Assembly (NCBI GenBank): GCA_049999805.1
Contig: JBNGIO010006150.1
Span: forward strand, 103,661-167,660
DNA: 64,000 nucleotides
Direction of reading: 5' to 3'
From: Folioceros fuciformis
Taxonomy: Eukaryota
The position numbers and the translations under genes were made by a program. The notes beneath the pieces are model-generated. The model had not been told where the DNA came from, did not search any database, and was given only the letters and a program-made list of their open reading frames with translations. The stretch's first letter is position 1. Each line of letters opens with the position of its first letter. This document shows positions 9,915-20,846 of the stretch, piece after piece.

Positions 9915-12900
9915 ATGGGCGCCCGGCTTGTTGCACTTCATGTACACAGGAAGATCCTTCCAACAGCTTGCCTTGCTGGAGATGGTGGGCGTCAGGAGCT
10001 CTTGTGGCGAAGGTCTCTTGTGGACCAGATACTTCAGGGGGATCACAGGCAACATAGACAATGCTCAGGTTTGTCTGACTTCCGGCATAACCAGTCCCCG
10101 GAGGTCCTCTGGTTGAGCAACAATGACAAGCCAGCTTGGGTGGACCCGCAGCCGGCTGCTCTGGATATGCAGCAGATGGGTCGGCCCACACCTGCATCCA
10201 CTTGGAGTGTGATAGATGGTCGTGACCCTCGTCGGCCTGCAGGATACGAAACAGAAGTAACAGCGAAGAAAGTAAGCAGACTGTGGCAGGAGGGGCAGCT
10301 CACTGAGGCTGCTGAGGCTCTCGGAGCTCTGGTGCAGAGAGACTGCCGTGTTTCTCATTCTCTCTTTTACCGTTTCCTTAGAGAATGCATGGTTCAGAAG
10401 GATCTCGCTCTGGGCCGCCGTATCCATGCTCTGGCCGTGAGAAATGGGTATGGGTCGGACACTTTCTTGTGCCACCACATTTTGCGAATGTATGCTTCTC
10501 ATGCCAGGTTGCGAGAAGCAATGGAAGTGTTTACAATGGTGGCCAAACCAGACTCTTTCATGTGGGCTTCTATCATTTCAGCACATGTCAAACACAAAGA
10601 AGTCAAGCAGGCCATAGAGCTGTATCATCAAATGCGCAGGTCAAGTGTGAAGCCAGATCGCCCTGTGTTTCTAGCTGCCCTACAAGCGTGTGCCAGGGGA
10701 GCAGATTTGACATGTGGACAGCAGGTGCATGCTGATGTGTTGGCCAGTGGTGATCGTCATCTGTTTGTTTGGAATTCCTTGGTGGACATGTATTCAAAGT
10801 GTGGCAGTTTGGAAGACGCTCGAAGAGTGTTTGACGGGCTTGCTCAGAAAGATGTGGTGACGTGGAACGCCTTGATAGCTGGGTATGCCCAGCAGGGCAT
10901 GGGCCAGGAAGCCCTGAGACTTTATCGTGCTATGCAAGACGACGGCGCTGTTGAACCTACCTCAGTGACATATCTGTGCCTGCTGCAGGCATGTGCAAGC
11001 TTGGGCTCCTCGGCTTTGGAGACGGGAAAGCAGCTTCATGCACAAATCGGAGAACGAGGGCTTCATGGTGATGCATTTGTAGCCAACAGCTTGGTAAATA
11101 TGTATGCAAAGTGTGGCAGCCTAGAGTGTGCTCAGGGCGTGTTCGACGGACTTGCTCAAAAGGATGTGGTGACGTGGAATGCAATGATAGCTGGATATTC
11201 TCAGCAGGGCAGGGGTCAGGAAGCTCTCGATATTCATAGTACGATGCAAGAAGAAGGCATCGCTGCACCAGATTCTGTGACATTTGCGTGCCTCCTGCAG
11301 GCGTGCGCAAGTGTTGGCATCCAGGCTCTCACACAAGGGAAGCAGCTTCATGCACAAGTTAGAGACGGGGGACTCCAAGCTGACGTGTTTGTAGCCAGCA
11401 GCTTGATAAATATGTATTCAAAGTGTGGCAGCCTTCAGGATGCTCGGGACGTGTTTGACGGACTCGATCAGAAGAACGTTGTGACATGGAATGCCATGAT
11501 ATCAGGGTATTCCCAGCAGGGAAAGGGACAGGAGGCCCTTGCTCTTTACAGGTCAATGCAGGAACGCGGCCTTGTTTCACCCAATGCTGGGACATTTGTG
11601 TGCGTCTTGCAGGGGTGTGCAACCGTGGGCACCGCAGCTTTGGAAAAGGGTAAGCAGCTTCATGCACAAATTCGAAGGCAGGGGCTTGAAGCTGATGCGC
11701 TTTTAGCTAGCAGTTTGGTCAACATGTATGCAAAGTGTGGCAGCCTGGAGGATGCTCGGGCCTTGTTTGACGGACTTGGTCAGAAAAACGTGGTGATGTG
11801 GAACACCATGATAGCAGGATACGCCCAGCAGGGCATGGGCCAAGAAGCCCTTGGTCTTTACAGGGCTATGCAACAAGGAGGCCTTGTTGCACCCGATAGT
11901 GTCACTTTCGTGTCTGTCCTGCAGGCATGTGCCATTGTGGGCAGCCTAGCTTTGGAGGAGGGCAAGCAGCTACATGCAGAGATAGGAGAACGAGGTGTTC
12001 AGGCTGATGTGTTCGTAGCCAACAGTTTGGTAAATATGTATGCAAAGTGCGGCAGCCTGGAGGATGCCCGCAAGGTGTTTGATGGGCTGGCTCAAAAGAA
12101 TGTGGTGACATGGAATGCAATAATAGCAGGATACTCCCAGCAAGGCATGGGCCAGGAAGCCCTTGGTCTCTACAGGGCTATGCAGAAGGAAGGCGCCTCT
12201 GCACCCAGTTCTGTAACATTTGTGTGCCTCCTGCAGGCATGTGCAAACGTTGCCGCTTTGCATTTGGGAAGGCAGCTACATGCACAGGTTAAAGAACAGG
12301 GTCTTCAATCTGATATGCTTGTAGCCTGCAGTTTGATAAACATGTATGGAAAATCTGGGTACATGGCTGCGGCACAGCAGGTGTTTGAGGCATTGCCCCG
12401 CAGGGACGACGTAGCATGGGATGCATTAATTGCAGGCTACACACGTCAAGGAGAGAGCCAAGTGGTCTTCGACCTGTTTGATAGAATGACACAGGACGGA
12501 GTACAGCCAGTGGGTATCACGTTCCTTAGTGTACTTACAGTTTGCAGTCATGCAGGTCTAGTGGACAAAGGGCAAGAGTACTTCGAGGCTATGAGCAAGC
12601 ACTATGGCATCACTCCTACAGTGGAGCACTACGCGTGCATGGTCGACCTCCTGGGTCGTGCAGGCCAACTCCACGAGTCACTGACGTTGGTAAGAACAAT
12701 GCCTGTACAGCCCAATGCTGCCGTATGGCACACTGTGCTGGGTGCTTGTCGGAAGTGGAGGAACGTGGAGGTGGCTCGCCATGTCTTCGACGAAGCAGTG
12801 AAGCTCGACAAGACAGATGCTGCAGCCTATGTGTTGATGGCGAACATATACACTGACGCCCAGATGAGGAAGGAAGCACAGGAGGTGCAGGCAAGGAGAA

Positions 12901-12998
12901 TAAGCAACGGGGCTTGGAAGGAGCCTGGACAGAGCTGGTGGACAGACATGGATGGGTTGGTGCATACATTCTTGGTTGGTGATAAAGAAGCATCCTGA
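9915..12998 (+). CDS. PLS-class PPR protein with E1/E2 and WW-type PG box, lacking the catalytic DYW part (E+ type; end apparently frameshifted)
   Basis: Intronless 1027-aa ORF with regular PLS triplets, HYACMVDLLGRAG, then KEPGQSWWTDMDGLVHTFLVGD. The true start codon is uncertain and may be downstream of 9915. Confidence 0.94.
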   Translation: MGARLVALHVHRKILPTACLAGDGGRQELLWRRSLVDQILQGDHRQHRQCSGLSDFRHNQSPEVLWLSNNDKPAWVDPQPAALDMQQMGRPTPASTWSVIDGRDPRRPAGYETEVTAKKVSRLWQEGQLTEAAEALGALVQRDCRVSHSLFYRFLRECMVQKDLALGRRIHALAVRNGYGSDTFLCHHILRMYASHARLREAMEVFTMVAKPDSFMWASIISAHVKHKEVKQAIELYHQMRRSSVKPDRPVFLAALQACARGADLTCGQQVHADVLASGDRHLFVWNSLVDMYSKCGSLEDARRVFDGLAQKDVVTWNALIAGYAQQGMGQEALRLYRAMQDDGAVEPTSVTYLCLLQACASLGSSALETGKQLHAQIGERGLHGDAFVANSLVNMYAKCGSLECAQGVFDGLAQKDVVTWNAMIAGYSQQGRGQEALDIHSTMQEEGIAAPDSVTFACLLQACASVGIQALTQGKQLHAQVRDGGLQADVFVASSLINMYSKCGSLQDARDVFDGLDQKNVVTWNAMISGYSQQGKGQEALALYRSMQERGLVSPNAGTFVCVLQGCATVGTAALEKGKQLHAQIRRQGLEADALLASSLVNMYAKCGSLEDARALFDGLGQKNVVMWNTMIAGYAQQGMGQEALGLYRAMQQGGLVAPDSVTFVSVLQACAIVGSLALEEGKQLHAEIGERGVQADVFVANSLVNMYAKCGSLEDARKVFDGLAQKNVVTWNAIIAGYSQQGMGQEALGLYRAMQKEGASAPSSVTFVCLLQACANVAALHLGRQLHAQVKEQGLQSDMLVACSLINMYGKSGYMAAAQQVFEALPRRDDVAWDALIAGYTRQGESQVVFDLFDRMTQDGVQPVGITFLSVLTVCSHAGLVDKGQEYFEAMSKHYGITPTVEHYACMVDLLGRAGQLHESLTLVRTMPVQPNAAVWHTVLGACRKWRNVEVARHVFDEAVKLDKTDAAAYVLMANIYTDAQMRKEAQEVQARRISNGAWKEPGQSWWTDMDGLVHTFLVGDKEAS

Positions 12999-13747
12999 CA
13001 GTGAACGTCTATATGCCACTTTAAAGCAGCTGGAAGTCTACTGACGTGGAAAGACCATCTTTGTCATTTCCTTACTGTTTAGGATACCTTGATGGATTTT
13101 ACTGTTTAGTACGCCTTGATGGTAGCGCGAATTCTCATCATCGTGAAGCAAGCTTTGTTCTTCTGGAGGTACTAGGGCGAGTTCTTCGTGAGCACAACAC
13201 AAGCACGGTAAAGCCTTCGGCCAGACTAACCCTCTGAGTGGGACAAAGAACAAAAGAAGGAAACAACAACCTCGCCCTCATCACCTGGAGTTGATCATCA
13301 ATAATCTCTGTTACCCCTTTGTAAGGGAACTTGCTGAAGAAAAATATCATTACTAAGTTCGAAGCATTGCGAGCTTAGTCCATAAAAGGAGCTTGGTACA
13401 TGCCAGTTCAGCTCGAATTGAACCATATCTGCCACATTAGCAAATTGGGAACTATGTATCCTAACTTGAGATCTGCGTGAGCCTGTATGCATTAGTTCAA
13501 TTGGCCAGCACACATTCTACTGTGAAATGCTCCTTCCTGCTGCAATAGTAAGACAGCCAGGTAATGCCGAGTCCTAACACCATGTGGTGCCGCCTCAAGT
13601 GCAGAGCCCAAAGTGTGAATCCTAACACCTTGCTGTGCCGCCTCAAGTGCAGAACCCAAAGTGTCCACCACAGATCGCCTTCAATTCTCAGTGAGTCTCG
13701 ATGGCAAAGGGACCCGCGGGTCTTGAAGGGGATCCTCAGCGGACACC

Positions 13748-13880
13748 GGGGATTTTGCAAGGTAGTGGGGATCTTGCAAGGTAGCGGGGGTCTTGCAAGG
13801 TAGCGGGGATCTTGCAAGGTAGCGGGGATCTTGCAAGGTAGCGGGGATCTTGCAAGGTAGCGGGGATCTTGCAAGGTAGG
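13748..13880. repeat. 19-bp tandem repeat (GGGGATCTTGCAAGGTAGC), about 7 copies
   Basis: Direct inspection, 19-nt spacing. Confidence 0.95.
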
Positions 13881-15128
13881 GGATGTTTCTTCCTACGCTG
13901 AGGTTTGCTGTTGAAGAAAATTTTGGTGTTGGAGGTATTTCTAGGGAGCTAGGCTCTCTCGGCCCATCTTCACTTCTTGTTTCCGAATGTAGGATTCGTA
14001 TTTTAGATTATTTTTTTTTTCCAATCTTGACCTCTTGTTTCCTCATCTAGGATTTTTGTATTTTGGAATCTTTTTGTTATCTTCACCTCTTGTTTCCTCC
14101 TCTAGGATTCTTTGCACGTTTGAAATCGTTTTTCTTTGGTGTCAAAAGGTGTGCCTCAGATCGGCCAAAGACTCTCTTTCTTTATGTTGTTAGGGCTATG
14201 TATGAGAAGGGTTTTTCCTATAGTGAAGATTCAAGGGCTTAAGCTTTTTCACATGGCCTAGCCACAAATTGTCCTTGGCCTATGACCAAGAGCAAGGCTA
14301 CAAAAAGGATTGGGTCTGCCTAAGATGGGCCTGCCTCTCTTAGGCCGGGAACAAGTGAAATCAAGATGGAAAATTCTCCCAACCTGGCAATGCAACAAAC
14401 CACAAGAACCTCCAAGAGACAAAGATATAGCATGCAACAAACCACAAGAACCTCCAAGAGACAAAGATATAGCAGGGACGAAGTATGGCTGTCTATTAGA
14501 ACAAGACAAACATCAACAATCCAAGAATCCATGATTAGGTAGCCCATATATATTCGCAAAATTCCCAAGAACGCTCGATGAAGTGCCTCCTCGCACCCAT
14601 GGTGGGTACTTCATAATCCTACTTCTCTTTGACCTTTGGTCTATTACCAAATAATAACCAACTAAACAGCCTACTTTGTCCTTTTTTTATTCTATCATTT
14701 TTATATTTGTTTTGAAATATGTCCGCAACGATTCATATGTGCCATGGTGCTCCTCCTCACATCCATCCAACACACATGGTTCACATCCACCATGACACAT
14801 ACATCCTCTCTCTAGGCATGTTACATGCATCCACATATCATCCTTCATCTTCTCATGCACACATGCATATATGACACACACCTAGGCATACATGTCATGT
14901 GCAGGCCATCCATGGGCTATGTACATGGCATCATCAAACACTTCAGCATCAGGGCTTATGCCCAGGATGCTCCAGTCAGTATCTAGTCATAGAGGTCCTC
15001 TGTTCTTCATACAACAACAACATGACATACACCCCCTCTTTAAGCCGAATACATCTTTATCCTCTTTGCCATCAAGATCCATGAGCCCATGTACAAGTCA
15101 TTTTCTAAGTTCTCAAAGACAAGACACT

Positions 15129-15296
15129 AGGGTTTCCATTACACTGCAATGGGCAAGTATTGGAGTGTTCTTTTGGTAGAGGGTTTCCATTACACTACTA
15201 TGGGCAAGTATTGGAGTGTTCTTTTGTTGGAGGGTTTCCACTACACTACAATGGGCAAGTATTGGAGTGTTCTTTTGTTAGAGGGTTTCCATTACA
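15129..15296. repeat. ~52-bp tandem repeat (AGGGTTTCCATTACACT...ATGGGCAAGTATTGGAGTGTTCTTTTG), 3 copies plus a partial
   Basis: Direct inspection. Confidence 0.9.
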
Positions 15297-16194
15297 GTGT
15301 AATGGACAATAGCTAATACTAATGCTACATGCAAGACAATGACAATGTAGCATCAAGGACTCTCATTATAAGTAGACCCTTCCTCTTCCTAGACCGTGAT
15401 ATTTTAGGTGTTGAGGGTAGACCGTGATATTTTAGGTGTTGAGGGTACTTCTCAGGCTCAGCAATTGGATCTCTTCTATTCAATCTGCAGCACCCCACTT
15501 ACAATTCACTCAACTCCTTCTTACACGACTCAGCACTAGGCTCCAAGTAGCCCACTGTCCACTGACCACCTCCTCTAGGTGCTGCTCTTTATTATACTTA
15601 CAAAAGAGTCTGGCGATCTACGCCCTACTAGCTATTGCCCTTGACTCAATCTGACAAGGTTGCTCTTCAAGCCCTCCAGAGCTATCTCTCAACACAAGAC
15701 TTCTCACTGTCTACATATAGATAGAAAGAGGGGTGGGCAGCAATGGCCAAGGGTGATTTGTCTTAAATCTTGCCAGGTAAATATTTTCCATACTGTTTTT
15801 CTCAAGTAAAGAAAAGAAAAAAAGTCTATGACCCTTGTGGTTCTTCTCTTCATGTTTTGGGAATGTGGATCTTCCTTTTCTTTTCTTTTTAATATGATAA
15901 AACACAGCACATGAGCCGTACACGTTCATCACATTTAAGCGATTGATGGCTTAAGAAACCTAGGCCACGGTTCGTAAGATGGAAGCCGCCATATTGGTTG
16001 CCGTATTTTTTATCCAGTTTCTAGTTACGGGCTCTAGAAAAACAAAAACCTAAGTATGCAAAACCTAGTAGCTATTTATTCAATATGCTAGGGCTCCGTG
16101 ACTACGTGGAGTTTGTTCGGCACAGTGCTCCAGTGCAGGGTCGCCACTCGCCTTCTCTTCTTTCGAACGATTTTGCGCGCCAACACACGCAGCC

Positions 16195-18397
16195 ATGAAT
16201 GTCTTCTGGGGTATGCGCGCGTATTCCGTCGCAGTGTGTCTGTTTGGTTGACGATGTCGTGACGTGTAATGCCTTGTGCAATTCTGTTCTTTCGGACTGA
16301 TGAGTGAATCGTCGGCAACAGGCGTGGAGCTGACCCCGGGCAAGCCCCACAGGCATCGGGCAGATCCCTACGACTACACCAAGCTTCATTTGTCTCAGGT
16401 TGGAATGGCGCGTGGAAGACGGTGTTTTAGGTGCTTTGAGAGGGTACTGTCCTGACTGTATGATGCTTGTTCTGCAGGCTACTCTTGGCCTTGATGTGAA
16501 GTCCAAGGAGAGAGTGGTTGTAAAATGCAAAGTTGGGAACCTAGATGAGATTCTGTTGTGCTCTCTCATTCCAGGGGTTTCGGAGTCTAGTTGTCTGGAC
16601 CTTCTGTTCGACCAGGATGTCGTCTTCTCGGTGACAGGGTCAGCGAGTGTGCACTTGACGGGGTATTACATGCCTCTGGCCGATGACACCGATGAGGAGG
16701 ATGAGGATTATGACACGTATCCTCTTGAGTTTGTTGGTGCCGTTGCTCCTCAAAGGGCGATATGCCGTTAGTATGTTTGATCGTTTGATTCACGGTCTCC
16801 CTGATTTTGTGCTGTCGTTTAGCACTTGACATAAGCTGCAGGGATGAAATGACTGATGAGGACTCTGGAAGTGGGTCTAGCGAGGGGTATACTGGCGACG
16901 AGGATTCGGAAGAAGATCCGGTTCCACCTAGTTCTTCCGGTAGGTCATTGTGTTCTCTAAAGGGCCATCCAAAGTTGCTCGGGACTTCCTGTCTCATGTT
17001 GCTGTTCCTGCCATTGTGATTGGCCCCGTGCCTGATGGTTGTTGACTCGCATGAATTCAGTGAGAATAGAAGAGATCTTTGATGAGGGGCCATGTGAAGA
17101 ATCCAAGGAATTGGAAAAGCCCGGGTCAAAGAAAAGGAAGCAAGTTTTAACCATAACCAATGGGAATAAGGCCACACCTGTGTCCAAGAAGGACACGGTT
17201 GAAAAGCAAGATGAGGATGAGGGTGAGGAGCCAGAAGAGAGTGAAGATGAAGACGGGTTTGTCCTGCCCAAGAAGAAGAAGAAGGTAGTTTCAGATGCCG
17301 TCAAAGTATCAGCAGTGGAGGCCAAAGCCGCAGTTGAAGAAGGGTAAGGGTTCAGCTTGTCTGCAGGGTACTTATACACGTTTTGCAATTTCATGACAAC
17401 TTTACCTCTTGCTGTGATCCAGAGCCAAAGACAGTGCAAAGAAGAAAAAGAAGGCTGATGTTGCCAAGGCCGTGAAAGAAGTGAGTGCGGTTGCAGAAAT
17501 GAAGGCATCTCCTCCAGTAACAAAAGTTAAAGCATCTGTAGAAAAATTGGCTGTGGCAAAGGGTACTGCTACAAAGCAAGCTGGAGACAAAGCAGGAAAG
17601 ACCAAGAAGACTCAGCCCCGGAAGTATCCTAATGGTCTTGAGATTCACGAGGTTGCCATGGGGCGGCCAGATGGCAAGCAGGCCAAAGTTGGCAAAAGGG
17701 TAATGTCAACTGCTGAAGTAATTGAGGCTTGTATTGCATACCGCTGTTCAATTTCGTGACTTTGGCGCCCTTCGCTGTTTCTTTTCTCGACCCAGGTTTC
17801 GGTTATTTACACCGGAAGATTAAAGAACGGGAAGATCTTCGACTCGAATGTAAATAAGAAGCCGTTTCAGTTCAGATTAGGTACCTCCCTTTTCTCCGTA
17901 GCCAGCTGACAGTATCTTGCACAACTTTCCATCTTTCCACGTGGTTTCAAGTTCGGCTGTCTGGCTCACTGTTGTCTGTTCGCTGATACTGCCGCAGGAG
18001 TGGGAGAAGTCATCAAGGGCTGGGATATTGGAGTTGAGGGTATACGTTTTCCCCTTAATTGTTTGTTGATTTCAACTTCGAAAAGTGCTTCGAATCGTTG
18101 CGGACAACAGAAGATCCCTCAATCCTGTTGTGTACTGCTTGCAGGGATGCGTGTTGGAGACAAGAGAAAGTTGGTCATTCCTCCTGCGTTAGGGTAAGTA
18201 GCCAAATGTTTCCATGGGTTACGTCTTCCGCATTGTCGGGCATCTCCAGGTCTAGAGTAGCAGTTGCACAAACTTTTTCTCCAGTAACCATTTCTAAAGT
18301 TATGCTCCTCTTCAGGTACGAAGCTGAAGGAGTACCGAACCAGATCCCGGGGAACGCTACGTTGACATTTGATGTGGAGCTAGTCGACGTGAAGTAG
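16195..18397 (+). CDS. FKBP53: FKBP53-like nucleoplasmin-domain peptidyl-prolyl isomerase / histone chaperone (multi-exon)
   Basis: N-terminal NPL domain MNVFWG|VELTPGK...LHLSQ|ATLG...VHLTGYY, an acidic/lysine-rich middle, and a C-terminal FKBP domain (YTGRLKNGKIFDSN, GEVIKGWDIGVEG|MRVGDKRKLVIPPALG|Y...IPGNATLTFDVELVDVK). GT-AG introns are visible. Confidence 0.93.
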
Positions 18398-18689
18398 AAT
18401 CCTTAACGTTTACTCTAAAGCCTGCCTTGGCTCGGCCTGGGTGTCGGCGGCAGTTGCCCTGACGGGAATGAGCTGTGGAGACGGGAGTGAAGGCACAGGT
18501 TGTCCGCAACCTCGTTTTAACCCAAATTTTGCGTCTGGCGAGAACAGAACCATTCAATTTTGTCCCGGTAACGGATTAAACAAATAAAGTGAAAGATCCA
18601 AATAAAGTGAGAGCTGATGGAGCGTAAGATCCAAGTGATGCCTAACTCCTGGGGCAGTGGATGCCTTCGTCAGATGCTGGCTGTGGATA

Positions 18690-18965
18690 AGGCTGCGGAT
18701 ATATAACAAGGGCGAGAGGGACTGTGGATATATAATAAGGGTAAGAGGGACTGTGGATATATAATAAGGGTAAGAGGGACTGTGGATATGTAATAAGGGC
18801 AAGAGGGACTGTGGATATGTAGTAAGGGTAAGAGGGACTGTGGATATATAGTAAGGGATATATAGTAAGGGCGAGAGGGACTGTGTGGATATATAGTAAG
18901 GGCCAGAGGGACTGTGTGGATATATAGTAAGGGCCAGAGGGACTGTGGATATATAATAAGGGCGA
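18690..18965. repeat. 29-bp minisatellite (GAGGGACTGTGGATATATAATAAGGGTAA), about 9 copies
   Basis: Direct inspection, 29-nt spacing (e.g. 18716 to 18745). Confidence 0.93.
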
Positions 18966-19609
18966 AAGAGCAAGTGTTGATATATATAAGGGGAATTATA
19001 GATATGTAAGGGTTATATAGTCAACTCTCTCCCTACATGTGACCTTCCCAAATATTATACCTCTACAAATATGTTATGTTTGGGTACTCCCTAGTGGGGA
19101 GTACTCCGATGTTTGGGTACTCCCTAGTGGGCATTATATGAGGACACTAGAGATAAGCTATGGGTTTTTCATGGGATAATCATAAGTTGTAGGTCTTCTG
19201 TTGAGAGAGTTGTGGAGACCTTAAAGGACAAGCTGCTTAAGACTATGAGCTTTGAGAAAACTTATTTCTTAACAAGGAGATATGTTGGGTTTAGGGTTGG
19301 GGGGTCTTCTATGGAAAGAGTGTTGTAAATGTAGAGAGTAATGTATATAAAGAGTTGAAAAAAGGATAAGTTGTGAATCTTGTATAGAAAGAGAGAGTTT
19401 TGCAATAGCTTAGAGAGCAAATTCTTCAAGAGAAAAAGAATGATAGCTTTATATAAGGCAATAAAGAGTATTTTCTATTATTGAAAAAGAAATGGAAAGT
19501 CCTACCTACTCCAATGATTCGGGGAATAACCCGAGCATCGGGGCCAACCGAAAGGGGTACAAAAGGGTACTAGCCTCTTCTAACATCATTCTAGAAAAAC
19601 TACCTACTA

Positions 19610-19862
19610 CTCCTAAAATGTCATGAAAATACCATGATATGGAATTCCTAAAAAAAATGTTACTATTCCTAAAATCTCATGATGTGGAATTCCTAAAATA
19701 TCATGGAAATGTCATGATGATGTGGAATTCCTAAAATATCATGGAAATGTCATGATGTGGAATTCCTAAAATATCATGGAAATGTTATGATGTGGAATTC
19801 CTAAAATATCATGGAAATGTCATGATGTGAAATTCCTAAAATATCATGGAAATGTCATGATA
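19610..19862. repeat. ~35-bp tandem repeat (GATGTGGAATTCCTAAAATATCATGGAAATGTCAT), about 5-6 copies, in an AT-rich TE-like block (about 18600-20500)
   Basis: Direct inspection. Confidence 0.9.
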
Positions 19863-20846
19863 TAGAATAACAAATGGCCTACCTACTACCGATGCCAAAC
19901 AACCACTGATGCTAAATAACCACCGATGCCAAACAAGCTGCCTTATCTGCGCTTATTGTTGTTCTAAACATGGCATTGGCCAATGCTTTGGAAAAAGCAT
20001 TGAGGAAAGAACACCATTTCTATGACTACGTGTTAAGGCCACTGCTTTTTCCAAAGCACTGAGGAAAAAGGGAGAACACTACGTTGTCGAAAGAAGCCAT
20101 TATAGAGGAAAGAGGGAGAATATTATTCCTATGATTGTGATAAACCTTGGTGCACTTTTTCATGACCCTTATCCATAGCTCCATGAGTCTCAAGGGAATG
20201 AAAGTATGCCCATGGCTATGATAAAACTTGACACACTCTTGTAAGTATAAGGCTATAAGTATAGAGGTGTCATAGCCCCATGAGTCTCTAGGGGATGAAA
20301 GTATGCGCATCACTATGATAAAACTTGACACACTCTTATATAAGGCTATCACTCTTATATAAGGCTATCAGTATAAGGGTGCCATTAGGCTTGACAAGGA
20401 ATGGGGTAGTTAAGACACATCATCAACACATGATTAAAATATTCATGATATTTATTATAAAAATAAAATATAAATAATCAGATAAAAAAAATCCCACCAG
20501 CGTACATCTGTCACTCGACCCATGTGTTACCTAAACAGTACGCTATACCGAGCCTTACCATTCATTACAAGTAGGGTTTTACTTGTAGCTGTTGTCTGAA
20601 CTTGAAGGCGTTGCGTTGAAACACTTGAAGTTTCCGACACCCCTCTGAGCCTTTCCAATTGGCTTGTCCCTGCCATCTGCCGCTGTGGCGGCTTCTGTGA
20701 CCTGGACCTGAGGAAGGTGCGGAAGCCGGAGGTTCTGCCAGAGGTTTCGATTGCTGTCATCTTGTTGGCTTCGCTGTCAGCTGGCAGGCAGGCCTTCGCA
20801 GATTTGTGGGCGGCGCTGTCAGCTTGGCAAGCAAGCCTTGGCAGCT

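Larger units (their letters stand above)
13050..15700. mobile_element. Repeat-rich intergenic block, probable degraded transposable element/LTR remnants
   Basis: No long ORFs, several unrelated local tandem duplications (about 48, 19, 41, 52 and 28 bp units), and lower GC than the flanking genes. No intact TE domain recognised. Confidence 0.4.

Noticed and set aside
15129-15296. CRISPR-like appearance of regularly spaced repeats (also 13748-13880, 18690-18965, 19610-19862)
   Set aside because: Units abut with no unique spacers, there are no cas genes, and the context is eukaryotic. These are plain tandem repeats.
15955-16070. Telo-box-like AAACCTA motifs upstream of FKBP53
   Set aside because: They do not match the AAACCCTA consensus exactly.
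18554-18973. 139-aa Pro/Tyr-rich ORF (also ORF 13497-13874)
   Set aside because: These are translations of 29-bp and 19-bp minisatellites. The unit lengths are not multiples of 3 and the ORFs lack ATG starts.
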